Assembly (NCBI GenBank): GCA_047621685.1
Contig: JBLHNG010000003.1
Coordinates: forward strand, 1 to 58,029
DNA length: 58,029 bases
Origin: Myxococcota bacterium
Lineage (GTDB): Bacteria; Myxococcota_A; UBA796
Reading direction: 5' to 3'
Part shown: positions 16,960 through 25,690 of the stretch, piece by piece
Layout: the number at the start of each line of letters is the position of its first letter
How positions within the stretch are numbered: the stretch's first letter is position 1
The notes under the pieces: model-generated
What the model saw: only the letters and a program-made list of their open reading frames with translations
What the model was told of the DNA's origin: nothing
Databases searched by the model: none
Translations under genes and position numbers: made by a program

Positions 16960-18027
16960 TCAGTCGTAGATGCTGATCATGTAGAGGCTCCAGGACTCCA
17001 GCGTCCCAGACTGGCCGCTCGCTTCGTCCACCACCGTGATGCTCCAGTCGCCGTTTGCGACCTCGTCGGATGGAATCGCCCGGACGATGTGCTCGCCGTT
17101 GACCGCATCCTCGCCCGAGACCACGGTGCCGTTGGTGCCGTAGGGGTTGTAGAGCGTCACGGTGAGATCTGCGGGGCGGGGGTGGTCGATGTCGAGGGTG
17201 ACGACCAGATCGACAGAGACGGTCGCCATGCCGGTCACGGTGACGGTGTCGGTCAGGCCGGTGGAGTCGTTGTCGGGGATCGCAGTGGAGATCGCTCCGG
17301 ATTCAAACGTGCCGGCGAGGTCCTCGGAGACACAGAACCAGCCATCGGAGAGGTGCTCACCCAGGCAGACCAGCCCCGCAGCACAGTCGGCGGTGGTGTC
17401 GCAGTCCTCCCACTCCCCGGCGCCCTCGTCGACCTCCTCCTCTGGCAGCGGGTTGTTGTCGGCGTAGTCCCGCAGCTTCGTCAGCGCGCTCTTTCCGACG
17501 TAGGAGACTCCCGCGAGGGCATCGATGTCCGCGAGGGGGCGGTCGGCGACGATGTTGCCCGCGGCCCGGCTGTCCAGGGCGACCTCGACATCGAGCAGGG
17601 TCTGGGAGGCGATGTTGGCGAGGGCGAGGGTGGCCTCGGCCTGCTCCGCGGTGAACTCCACACCCTCAACCAGCACCGGCTGATCGTCGCTGACCCAGCC
17701 GGTGGCGATGGCGTAGTCGAACAGGAGGCCCAGCGCGGAGGGACCGACGTAGTAGATGTCGTCGATCTCCTGGACCGTCTCGTAGAGATCGTCGTCGCCG
17801 GTACCGAAGGTGGCATCCGAGCCGTCGCGGTGGGCAATGAGGTTGCCAGCGGCGATGGCGTTGAGGCCGACGGTGTCATCGAGCAGCGGCAGCGTGGTTC
17901 CGGCGTCGTTGAGGAAGGCCTGGAGGCCGAGGGCTTCAGGGGAGCCTTCGTCGTAGCGGAGGTCGGAGGAGCCGTCTTGCAGGCTGTTGGTAGGCTCAGG
18001 AGCGCAGGCGATGAGGAGGAGGAGCAT
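16960..18027 (-). CDS. lipoprotein with helix-hairpin-helix (ComEA-like) repeats and a proprotein-convertase P-domain
   Basis: Trimmed to ATG 18027. Lipobox MLLLLIAC. HhH-like units (VGLNAIAAGNLIAHR, LDSRAAGNIVADRP, YVGKSALTKL). C-terminal DHPRPADLTVTLYNPYGT...GDWSITVVDEASGQSGTLESWSL matches the P-domain pattern. Confidence 0.75.
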   Translation of the reverse strand: MLLLLIACAPEPTNSLQDGSSDLRYDEGSPEALGLQAFLNDAGTTLPLLDDTVGLNAIAAGNLIAHRDGSDATFGTGDDDLYETVQEIDDIYYVGPSALGLLFDYAIATGWVSDDQPVLVEGVEFTAEQAEATLALANIASQTLLDVEVALDSRAAGNIVADRPLADIDALAGVSYVGKSALTKLRDYADNNPLPEEEVDEGAGEWEDCDTTADCAAGLVCLGEHLSDGWFCVSEDLAGTFESGAISTAIPDNDSTGLTDTVTVTGMATVSVDLVVTLDIDHPRPADLTVTLYNPYGTNGTVVSGEDAVNGEHIVRAIPSDEVANGDWSITVVDEASGQSGTLESWSLYMISIYD

Positions 18028-18121
18028 GGTTTGGCCTGGAGACGGTGGAGGTAGTGGGTATAATCGGTGTCGGTGGTTGGCTGATGGTGAATGGTGAATG
18101 GAAGGGTAGCGCCAGCCCCCC

Positions 18122-18814
18122 TCAGAGCCGTCGGGCACACCAGGCGTGGATGAGCAGCGTCTGACAGAACAGCACCGGCGCGGAGAAGCCGCTGTCTGCG
18201 ATGAGATCCGACAGCACCCCCAACGGCAGCACCGCGACATCCCGGCCCATCGCCGCCGCCATCCCTGTGATGCGTTCGTCGGGAAGGCCCGCATACCGCA
18301 GCGTCTTCAGCCACAGCGGAAGCAGCGCCTCGAATCCCACTTCGTCCGAGGCAATGGCGGCGTTGATGAACAGCCCGTCGGAGCGAATCCGGGCGGCGAT
18401 TCCAGCGAAGAACGCCTCCTGGTCAGCCCGTGCGGTGAGGAAGTGGGAGACGAGGATCGCGGTCGCGGCATCGAAGGGTGCAGACGGCGGCAGGGTGTCG
18501 ATGGTGCCGCAGTGGAAGGTGATGCGGGCGGTGATGCCAGCCTGCTCGGCGCGCTGTCGGCAGATGGTGAGCATCGCCTCGGCAGGCTCGACGACGGTGA
18601 ACCGCCACCCCGGGAACGCCTCCGCCAGCGCCAGCAGCTCCGCCCCGGTCCCCGCGCCAACACAGAGAACACAGGCATCCTCGGCAAGCTCGGAGAGCAC
18701 CATGCGCATCAGCAGGTGCAGCACCTGCTTCATCGGGGCCAGCTTCTCGAAGGTTCGGTCATAGGCGGCAGCCTTCTGCTCACCAAACGCGGTCGGGGAT
18801 TCGTCGTTTTTCAT
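18122..18814 (-). CDS. class I SAM-dependent methyltransferase
   Basis: Trimmed to ATG 18814. SAM-binding motif I VLCVGAGTGAELL. Confidence 0.8.
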   Translation of the reverse strand: MKNDESPTAFGEQKAAAYDRTFEKLAPMKQVLHLLMRMVLSELAEDACVLCVGAGTGAELLALAEAFPGWRFTVVEPAEAMLTICRQRAEQAGITARITFHCGTIDTLPPSAPFDAATAILVSHFLTARADQEAFFAGIAARIRSDGLFINAAIASDEVGFEALLPLWLKTLRYAGLPDERITGMAAAMGRDVAVLPLGVLSDLIADSGFSAPVLFCQTLLIHAWCARRL

Positions 18815-18847
18815 GCGCCGACGGTAACCGATCGCTGATGCCACGAG

Positions 18848-19174
18848 ATGATCCTCAATGGTCAGTCGATGGAGGCCTTCGAGAAGCTCTACGCCGAGGA
18901 TGTGGTCATGCAAGAGCCGACCGGCATCCCCCGCGAGGGCAAGGACGCCAACCGCACATTCCAGCAGGCATTCTTCAGCAATGTTGAGCAGCTCCACGGC
19001 ATGGGCTGTGTCGCCAGCGCCTACAACACCGCCGACAACGTCGGCCTGTCGCAGTGGTGGATCGACATCACCTTCAAGGACGGCACCCGCAACCGCTCTG
19101 AGCAGGCCAGCGTGCGCACCTTCAGAGACGACCTGCTGGTCCGCGAGCAGTTCTTCTACAACAGCAACGAGTAG
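18848..19174 (+). CDS. SnoaL/NTF2-like fold protein
   Basis: 108 aa with the pattern FEKLYAEDVVMQEP...W..DITFKDG typical of SnoaL-like domains. An in-frame stop lies immediately upstream of the ATG. Confidence 0.6.
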   Translation: MILNGQSMEAFEKLYAEDVVMQEPTGIPREGKDANRTFQQAFFSNVEQLHGMGCVASAYNTADNVGLSQWWIDITFKDGTRNRSEQASVRTFRDDLLVREQFFYNSNE

Positions 19175-19177
19175 CCC

Positions 19178-20176
19178 CTACAGCCCCCACACCGCGATCC
19201 CGGGGCCGATGTTGGCAGCCAGCCAGGCGCCGTCTGGAGAGATCGCGACCGCCCCGGACTGCTTCCTGGTGCTGCCAAAGCTCGCGAGCCACTCCCCGGA
19301 GGTCGGATCGAGCTGGCGGACGGTGATGTGGGCAGTGGCCTTGTCGCCGCTGTTGTCGCCGAGGCTGGCGAACAGGTGGCCGGTGGTCGGGTGGATGGCT
19401 GCGCCCTTGCAGTGGCCAAACTTCCACGGCGGGGCGGTGAACCAGTCGTGGAGCACCGTGCCGGTTGTGGGGTCGAGCACCTGAAAGCCCGCGCTGCCGG
19501 TGTCGCGGATCTGGTCAAAGAAAGCGTAGAGGCGGCTGCGGTCCAGCGACAGCACCATGGGTCCGATCTTGCGATGCTTCCCAGGGGGCGTCACCGCCCA
19601 GACCTCGGTCTCATCGGAGAGTCGAATGAGGCTGAGGCGAGGCGACGTGGTGCGAACGAAGACGCGATCATCGTCCAGAAAGATCGCCTGCTGCCCGTAG
19701 CCTTCCAGTTTCATGCGGACGACCTCCAGGCCATCGGCGGCCCAGATCCGGAGGGTGTTGTCTGGGGGGATGACGTGCTGACCGCTGACCGAGGCGGACC
19801 AGGCCGAGTCTGAGGAGAACGCCACGTCGTTGATGCCCCGACGGTGCCCCTTGAGCGAGGGTGCGCGGGTCAGCCGAGGCAGGGTGTAGCCCGAAGCGGT
19901 CTTCTCGCCGGTGTACAGCCGGGAGCCGTCCGGGGCGATCGACAGGAAGTTCGCCAGCGTTCGGCGCTTCTTCTCCAGCACGATCCTGCCGGAAGCCACA
20001 TCGAAGATCGTCAGCCGACCCGGCCAGCCGCCGCAGACCACCAGCAGACCGGCGGGGTCAAACGCGAGGTGGCGACCGGGGTGGGGCAGGACACGATCAG
20101 GGGGTCGAACGGAAGGCGGCATGCCCCCAACGTAGCGGGTCGATTCGCCGGGGTGTCGGGCAGGCGATATCGACAC
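19178..20176 (-). CDS. WD40-like beta-propeller repeat protein
   Basis: Repeats such as GHRRGINDVAFSSDSAWSASVSG...TLRIWAADG. A later start at MPPSV is possible. Confidence 0.7.
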   Translation of the reverse strand: MSISPARHPGESTRYVGGMPPSVRPPDRVLPHPGRHLAFDPAGLLVVCGGWPGRLTIFDVASGRIVLEKKRRTLANFLSIAPDGSRLYTGEKTASGYTLPRLTRAPSLKGHRRGINDVAFSSDSAWSASVSGQHVIPPDNTLRIWAADGLEVVRMKLEGYGQQAIFLDDDRVFVRTTSPRLSLIRLSDETEVWAVTPPGKHRKIGPMVLSLDRSRLYAFFDQIRDTGSAGFQVLDPTTGTVLHDWFTAPPWKFGHCKGAAIHPTTGHLFASLGDNSGDKATAHITVRQLDPTSGEWLASFGSTRKQSGAVAISPDGAWLAANIGPGIAVWGL

Positions 20177-20198
20177 CTGGACAACGCACAGGACTCAG

Positions 20199-22862
20199 AT
20201 GGATCGGATCCCACAGCGAGCGCAGCGCTGGTGGCAGCGACTGGATGACCCGGGGCGACGCCACGCATCCTGGATCGCGCTGTGTGGGGTGGTCTACATC
20301 GCGCACTACCTCGTGTACTGCCTGCCGCAGCCGTTCTTCATCGAAGACGCCGCGATCACATTCTCGTATTCCGAGCACCTGATCCAGGGCGAGGGTCTGG
20401 TGGCGTACCCGGGCGGGGAGCGGGTGGAGGGGTACAGCAATGCGCTGTGGATGTTCATCCTGGCAGGACTGTATGGCCTCGGCATCCCCACCTGGACGTC
20501 CGCGAAGGTCCTCGGTGCGATCCTCGGAGTCGCCACCCTGCCCTTCGTCTTCGGAATCACCCGACGCATGAAGCCCGAGGGCAGCGCTGACGCCGCGTGG
20601 CTCGCCCCCCTCTGCCTCGCGCTGACTCCGCCCTTCGTCATCTGGAACGCATCGGGCCTGGAGAACGCGCTCTTCTGCTTCCTCCTCGCTGCCGGGACCT
20701 GGAGGCTGCTGAGAGAGAGCGAAGACACCACGCTCAGGCCGCTGTCCGCCATCCTGTTCTTCCTGCTCACCATGACCCGCCCCGAAGGCATGATGTACGC
20801 AGCCATCGCGCTGCTGGCCCGGGTCATGTTTGCCGTCGCCGACCGTCGCCTCGTCTCCGTTCTTACCTGGCTCGCGGCCTTCTTCGTGCCCTGGCTTGCC
20901 TACAATGGCTGGCGATACTGGTACTTTGCCTGGGAGTTTCCCAACACCTACTACGCAAAGCTCGGTGCAGGGAAGACCTTTCGGCCCTTCGGCTGGACCA
21001 TCAAGGGCTGGAAGTACATCAAGGGCTACCTGCTGACCCACGGCGTCGTGTTTGCCCTGCCCGTGCTCTTCTTCGCCCTCGGCGGGCTGAAGGGGCGGAT
21101 CCGTAAGGGATTGTGGGCGGTCGCCATTGTCGGGCTGACGTTCCTGATGTTCTACCCCGGCGGTGGAAAGGCCGAGCCAGAGGTCTGGGTGCAAGCCCGG
21201 GTGTGGTCGATCCTCGGCTTTGCGGCACTGATGGGACTGATCACCCTGGGCCGGTCCGGCTGGCGGGCGCGGGGCACGATGTGGGCATACTGTGCCTCCG
21301 GGGTGTTCTTCGCGCTGTATGCCGGTGGGGACTGGATGGTCGAGTGGCGGTGGTTCAACATCGTCTCCATCAGCCTGTTCCCCCTGCTTGTGGTCGGCAT
21401 CGGCGAGCTTCTCGACGCCATCCCCAGCTCCAGCCGCATGGTCGCCCTGCCCGCCCGGCTGTCCCGGTGGGGTGCGACCGCATCGCTCCGGACGCTGCTT
21501 CTGGTCGCCGTGATGGTCCCGTTCGCGATCAACGAGGTCGTGCGCATCGTCAACTTCGCCCTCTACCCCGAGACCTCCACCCGAGACGTCCACCGGCGGG
21601 TCCGGTACATGGCCGGAGTGCAGCAGCGCCTGGACCTCGATGAGGTGGTCTTGCTCGACGTCGACATGGGCGCCCACATGTACCACTCGGACTGGGACAT
21701 CGTCGACATCGCCGGCCTCGTCGACGTGCCGATGGCCCGGCACTCCGACTTCAGGAAGAACTTCATCGCCGAGTACCTCTTCAAAGAGCGCCTGCCCCAC
21801 TTCGCCCATGTCCACGACTACTGGGCACGCACCAGCAAGATCCCGAGCCAGTCCGGCTGGAAGAAGGGGTACATCGAGATCGCCCCGTACCCCTACATGG
21901 GCGGCGGACTGCACCCAGGCAACTTCATCCGCAAGGACATCTTCATCAGCCAGTACAGCGGTGGCCAGCCCGTCCAGCGGTTTGACGGCGGCATCTCACT
22001 GATGGAGACCGACCTGCCCGCCCCAGAGGTCGCACCAGGCGGATCGCTGTTCTTTGCCTCGTCCTGGCGGGCGGTGTCTCGAAGTGCAGGCTTCACCGTG
22101 CTGGTGTGGCTCGACGACAGCGCCGGACACCGCACCGTGACCGCCATTGAGCCGGGGTATGGCTGGTACGACCCGGCGGACTGGCACGGTCGTGAGGTGG
22201 TCGAGGGGCGGTTCTGGATCACGGTTCCTCCCGAGCTTCCGACCGGCACCTACCGACTCGGGCTCGTCGTCCTCGACACTGCCACCGGCACCGTCCTGCC
22301 CGCCATCGGCTCTGAGTCCGCGGTCTACCTGCCCGGGGAGGTCACGCTGGAGCAGACCGTGGAGATCGTGTCACCAGAGGCTGCCCAACAGCACGCCGAG
22401 GCCGATCGCGAAGCCGCCGTCTCGCTGGCCGTCGCCGGGGACTGCGAGGCGGTCTGGCCACAGTGGAAAGACGCCACGTACCACCTCGATCGAGACTGGC
22501 GCACCATCCATGAGCCCGACATCGAGACCACCCTGGCCCGCTGCTGGGTGCTGCGTGCGGAGGCCGCTACGGAGCGCCAGGATCGCATCGACAGCCTCAT
22601 CGCCGCCCGGAAGCGAGACCACCGACTCGACGGCCTCACCCGCCTCACCCGCCCCCTCGCCGCCGAGCTGGATGTAGCAGGCGATGTGCTGTTCGCTTCA
22701 GAGGACTGGGAGGGCGCCTATGCAGTGTGGACCGATGCCCTCGCGCTCGATCCCCGGCTGTCCTGGACCCGTCGGAAGGCCGAGGAGGCCCGGGATCGTC
22801 GGCTGAAGATCACCCGCCCCGGTGCTGAGCCCCTGCCGCCCACCGAGTCCATTCGCCGGTAG
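20199..22862 (+). CDS. large polytopic membrane protein, GT-C-type glycosyltransferase-like, with soluble C-terminal half and TPR-like tail
   Basis: N-terminal FIEDAAITFSYSEHL...GGERVEGYSNALW followed by about 12 TM segments, then about 450 aa soluble sequence ending in a TPR-like WEGAYAVWTDALALDP. Confidence 0.75.
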   Translation: MDRIPQRAQRWWQRLDDPGRRHASWIALCGVVYIAHYLVYCLPQPFFIEDAAITFSYSEHLIQGEGLVAYPGGERVEGYSNALWMFILAGLYGLGIPTWTSAKVLGAILGVATLPFVFGITRRMKPEGSADAAWLAPLCLALTPPFVIWNASGLENALFCFLLAAGTWRLLRESEDTTLRPLSAILFFLLTMTRPEGMMYAAIALLARVMFAVADRRLVSVLTWLAAFFVPWLAYNGWRYWYFAWEFPNTYYAKLGAGKTFRPFGWTIKGWKYIKGYLLTHGVVFALPVLFFALGGLKGRIRKGLWAVAIVGLTFLMFYPGGGKAEPEVWVQARVWSILGFAALMGLITLGRSGWRARGTMWAYCASGVFFALYAGGDWMVEWRWFNIVSISLFPLLVVGIGELLDAIPSSSRMVALPARLSRWGATASLRTLLLVAVMVPFAINEVVRIVNFALYPETSTRDVHRRVRYMAGVQQRLDLDEVVLLDVDMGAHMYHSDWDIVDIAGLVDVPMARHSDFRKNFIAEYLFKERLPHFAHVHDYWARTSKIPSQSGWKKGYIEIAPYPYMGGGLHPGNFIRKDIFISQYSGGQPVQRFDGGISLMETDLPAPEVAPGGSLFFASSWRAVSRSAGFTVLVWLDDSAGHRTVTAIEPGYGWYDPADWHGREVVEGRFWITVPPELPTGTYRLGLVVLDTATGTVLPAIGSESAVYLPGEVTLEQTVEIVSPEAAQQHAEADREAAVSLAVAGDCEAVWPQWKDATYHLDRDWRTIHEPDIETTLARCWVLRAEAATERQDRIDSLIAARKRDHRLDGLTRLTRPLAAELDVAGDVLFASEDWEGAYAVWTDALALDPRLSWTRRKAEEARDRRLKITRPGAEPLPPTESIRR

Positions 22863-22904
22863 CGGCTTTCGACGCCAGCACACCGGATCAGGGTAGCCTC
22901 ACCC

Positions 22905-23699
22905 ATGGCCTCTCCCCTGTCCCTCCTCGGCTTCCTCATGACCCACGCGGTGATCCTCTGGTACTTCCAGGTGATCAACAGGGAGAAGGTCCCGGTCAGC
23001 ATCGGGCCGTTCTCTGGTGCGATCCTCACCGGGATGGTGCTCTCTGCCGTCGGCTTCGCTCTGGATCCCGGCGGCTTGACCGGCGGCCTGATGGCGGTCA
23101 CCCTGTTCATGGGTGGCTTCATCCTCTGGCTGCTCACCCAGCGCAAGGTGCCCGACGGCAACCTGATCGTCTCCACCGGCCAGCCCATGCCGCTCCTCGC
23201 CGCCACCACCGACACCGGGGCAGCCTTCGACCTCGCGAGCCTCAAGGGTCGGCGTGTGATGGTCAAGTTCTTCCGCGGCAGCTGGTGACCGTACTGCTCC
23301 GCCGAGTTGCGGCGGTTTCAGGACATGGCTCCCCTGCTCGATGAGTACGGGGTCTCAGTAGTCGCCATCAGCCGGGATACCCAAGAGGACGCCGCTGCTC
23401 ACCGCGCCCGGGACGGCCTCACCTTCCCCCTGCTCTCTGACCCGGACCTGTCGGTGATTAAGCGGTTCGGGCTGCTGCACGAGGGCGTCATCCGGTTCCG
23501 GACCTTCCTCATCGGCGGGGCGCGGTTCCCGCTGGGCTGGCCGGTGGGCTTCGACCAGATGGCGATTCCCACCACCCTGCTGCTCGACGCGGACCACGTG
23601 GTGCGGTGGATCGATCAGGCGGACGACTACCGGATCCGGGGAGATGTGGAGCGGACGCGGGGGGCGCTGGTGGAGACGTTTGGGGAGCAGGCAGTTTGA
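22905..23699 (+). CDS. membrane-anchored AhpC/TSA-type redoxin, candidate selenoprotein (UGA 23286-23288 read as Sec)
   Basis: Listed ORFs 22905..23288 and 23307..23699 are in the same frame. Joined they read KFFRGSW-U-PYCSAELRRF...VVAISRD...FPLLSDPD. Three N-terminal TM segments. Confidence 0.7.
23294..23321 (+). promoter_or_regulatory. candidate bacterial SECIS hairpin
   Basis: ctg-ct-CCGCC-gaguugc-GGCGG-ttt-cag. The upper stem starts 10 nt after the UGA and the loop contains GU. Confidence 0.45.
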
Positions 23700-23735
23700 T
23701 CATGGCATCCCAATCCGCCCGGATATGCTCTATCC

Positions 23736-24857
23736 ATGAAGCACCTCCCCCTCCTCCTTCTCTTCGTCGGCTGCGGCGATAAAGACACCGGCTCCTCCAC
23801 CGAAGAAGCCGACGCGGACACCGACGCAGACACCGATGCAGACACGGATGCCGATACCGACGCAGACACCGATGCAGACACCGACGCAGACACCGATGCA
23901 GACACCGACGCAGACACCGACGCCGATCCAATGTGCGACGCCGCCCAGGCCATCGTCGATGCCGCCAACACCCTGACGGCATCGCTCGACGCCAAGCAGC
24001 TCGACACCATCTCCTTCGCCATGGACGACGAGGAGCGGTTCACCTGGTCCAACCTCCCGCCGATCACCACCCCCCGGGAGGGGCTGCCCTACGCCGACAT
24101 GACCGCCGATCAGCGCACGCTCGCCGAGGCCCTGCTCGCCGCCTCCATCAGCGCGGGCGGGCTGGAGGAGGTCGAGGGCATCATCCAGATCGAGGCAGAG
24201 CTGCAAGCGGGCGGCGACATGTCGGCCGATGGTGACCTCTACTACTTCGACATCTTCGACACCCCCTCCATGAAGGAGCCCTGGGGCTGGCAGCTCGACG
24301 GCCACCACCTCGCGATGAGCTTCACCGCCGTCGGCTGCATCTACACCATGACCCCCACCCTCTACGGGGTCTCCCCCAAGGCCACCTCCGACGGCTACGA
24401 GCCCCTGGGTGACGAGGTCATGCTGGCCGAGGCGCTCGCCAGCGCGATGACCGAGGCGCAGCTCAAGGGTGCCGCCCTCACCACCCCACCACAGCTCATC
24501 GCTGGCCCGAACTACCAGGGCGACCTGGAGCCCGAGGGCCTGCCCCTCTCCGAGCTGACCAGCGATCAGCTCTCCCTGCTCGACTCACTGATCGAGGCCT
24601 ACATAACCGACCAGGAGGGCGTGTTCGCCGACTGGAAGATGGAGGAGGTCCGGGCAGAGTACGATGAGACCGTCCTGGGCTGGACCGGACCGTTCGACGG
24701 CACCGGCGCCATCTACTACCGCATCCACGGTCCCGGAATCCTCATCGAGTTCGACCACGTGGACCAGACCCGCGAGCACATCCACGCCGTCTATCGGGAT
24801 CCCCGCAACGACTACGGCGAGGACCTGCTGGCCAGGCACTACCAGGAGTTCCATTGA
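23736..24857 (+). CDS. DUF3500 family lipoprotein
   Basis: Lipobox LLLFVGC, a (DADT)n linker, and DGHHL...YYRIHGPGILIEFDH...HIHAVYRDPRNDYGEDLL as in DUF3500. Confidence 0.85.
   Translation: MKHLPLLLLFVGCGDKDTGSSTEEADADTDADTDADTDADTDADTDADTDADTDADTDADTDADPMCDAAQAIVDAANTLTASLDAKQLDTISFAMDDEERFTWSNLPPITTPREGLPYADMTADQRTLAEALLAASISAGGLEEVEGIIQIEAELQAGGDMSADGDLYYFDIFDTPSMKEPWGWQLDGHHLAMSFTAVGCIYTMTPTLYGVSPKATSDGYEPLGDEVMLAEALASAMTEAQLKGAALTTPPQLIAGPNYQGDLEPEGLPLSELTSDQLSLLDSLIEAYITDQEGVFADWKMEEVRAEYDETVLGWTGPFDGTGAIYYRIHGPGILIEFDHVDQTREHIHAVYRDPRNDYGEDLLARHYQEFH
23808..23927 (+). repeat. 12-nt tandem repeat encoding (D-A-D-T)n
   Basis: gacgc(a/g)gacacc-type units repeated about 10 times inside the DUF3500 gene. 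Confidence 0.9.
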
Positions 24858-25387
24858 GCCCCCTCGCGCTCATCCTGCTGATCGGCTGCACCCGGCCCGG
24901 CTCCACCGGCACCGACCCGATCACCGAGGGCTTCGAGATCGGCGAGGAGCCGCCAGACTTCACCCTCACCAACGCCGAGGGCGACCTCGTCTCGCTGTCG
25001 GACTACCCCGACCAGCGAGTCATCGTGGTCGGCACCGCCTCCTGGTGAAGCACCTGTGTGTCCCTGGTTCAGGGACTGAATGACGAGTGGTACACCGTGG
25101 ATGCACCGGAGGATGTCGAGGTCATCGCGGTGCTCATCGAGGACAGCCAGGGCAACCCGGCAGACGCAGCAGACGTGGCGGACTTCGTGAGCTTCACCGA
25201 CGTGACCTTTCCAGTGCTCGGCGACGAAGAGGCCACCTGGATCGAGGTCTGGGGCTCCGGCGACAGCGGCAGCGGTCGGCACACGTACACGATTATTGGC
25301 ACTGATGGGACGATCGGCTGGCGCAAGGATGATGGCAGCAGTGGCTCGGTGGAGGAGATCACCGCCGGGCTGGCGATTGTGGAGTAG
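24854..25387 (+). CDS. TlpA/ResA-like thiol:disulfide oxidoreductase lipoprotein, candidate selenoprotein (UGA 25046-25048 read as Sec)
   Basis: Listed ORFs 24854..25048 and 25058..25387 are in the same frame. Joined they read PDFTLTNAEGDLVSLSDYPDQRVIVVGTASW-U-STC...VEVIAVLIED...FPVLGD. Lipobox LLIGC. The TTG start overlaps the DUF3500 stop (TTGA). Confidence 0.7.
25060..25076 (+). promoter_or_regulatory. candidate bacterial SECIS hairpin
   Basis: GTCCCTG-gtt-CAGGGAC is a perfect 7-bp stem starting 11 nt after the UGA. The apical region reads GGUUC. Confidence 0.5.
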
Positions 25388-25417
25388 GTCGGCGTTCCTG
25401 GGGGACTCATTGATGCA

Positions 25418-25557
25418 CAGGACGGTCCTTTGAGCCTGCGGACGGTGGCCGCAGGGCGGGGATTCACAGCGGGTGTCATGCTGGGGCCGCTGGGCGGGTA
25501 GTACAGGGGGCGGGGAACGCAGTCGCTGAGCGAGTATTCGTGCAGCCCCCTTGAGCG
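25418..25557 (-). repeat. dispersed intergenic repeat, family B copy 2
   Basis: The reverse complement aligns with 10575-10700 and 53855-53970 (ccccgccccctgtactacccgcc...cacccgct...ccgcaggctcaaaggaccgtcctg). It ends in gtgcagcccccttgagcg, which is shared with the 10126 repeat. Confidence 0.6.
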
Positions 25558-25690
25558 CCCAGCGGACCCCAACCGGATCCGACAGCACTCAGAGCGCCCA
25601 GTCGCTCACAATGTCCGAATCCCTGACTGGTGCCGGAAAACGAGCCAGGGAACACGCTCCCCCAGCTCCAGCTCTCAACCGTCCAGCAGC

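Noticed and set aside
20097-21914. 605-aa ORF antisense to the GT-C-like membrane protein gene
   Set aside because: The composition is Gly/Arg/Pro/Asp-rich and low in complexity. The sense-strand gene has coherent TM segments and good GC3.
23286-23288. The two in-frame TGAs (23286 and 25046) read as simple nonsense mutations or pseudogenes
   Set aside because: This is not excluded, but I disfavour it. Both fall exactly on the first Cys codon of a CxxC active site. Both downstream halves keep frame and high GC3. Both are followed by a hairpin at SECIS-like spacing. Confirmation requires finding Sec machinery elsewhere in the genome.
23806-23927. Short regular repeats that might suggest a CRISPR array (also at 46401-46515 and 52989-53058)
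   Set aside because: The units are 6-12 nt with no spacers. They lie inside ORFs and encode Asp-Thr/Ala linkers. No cas genes are present.
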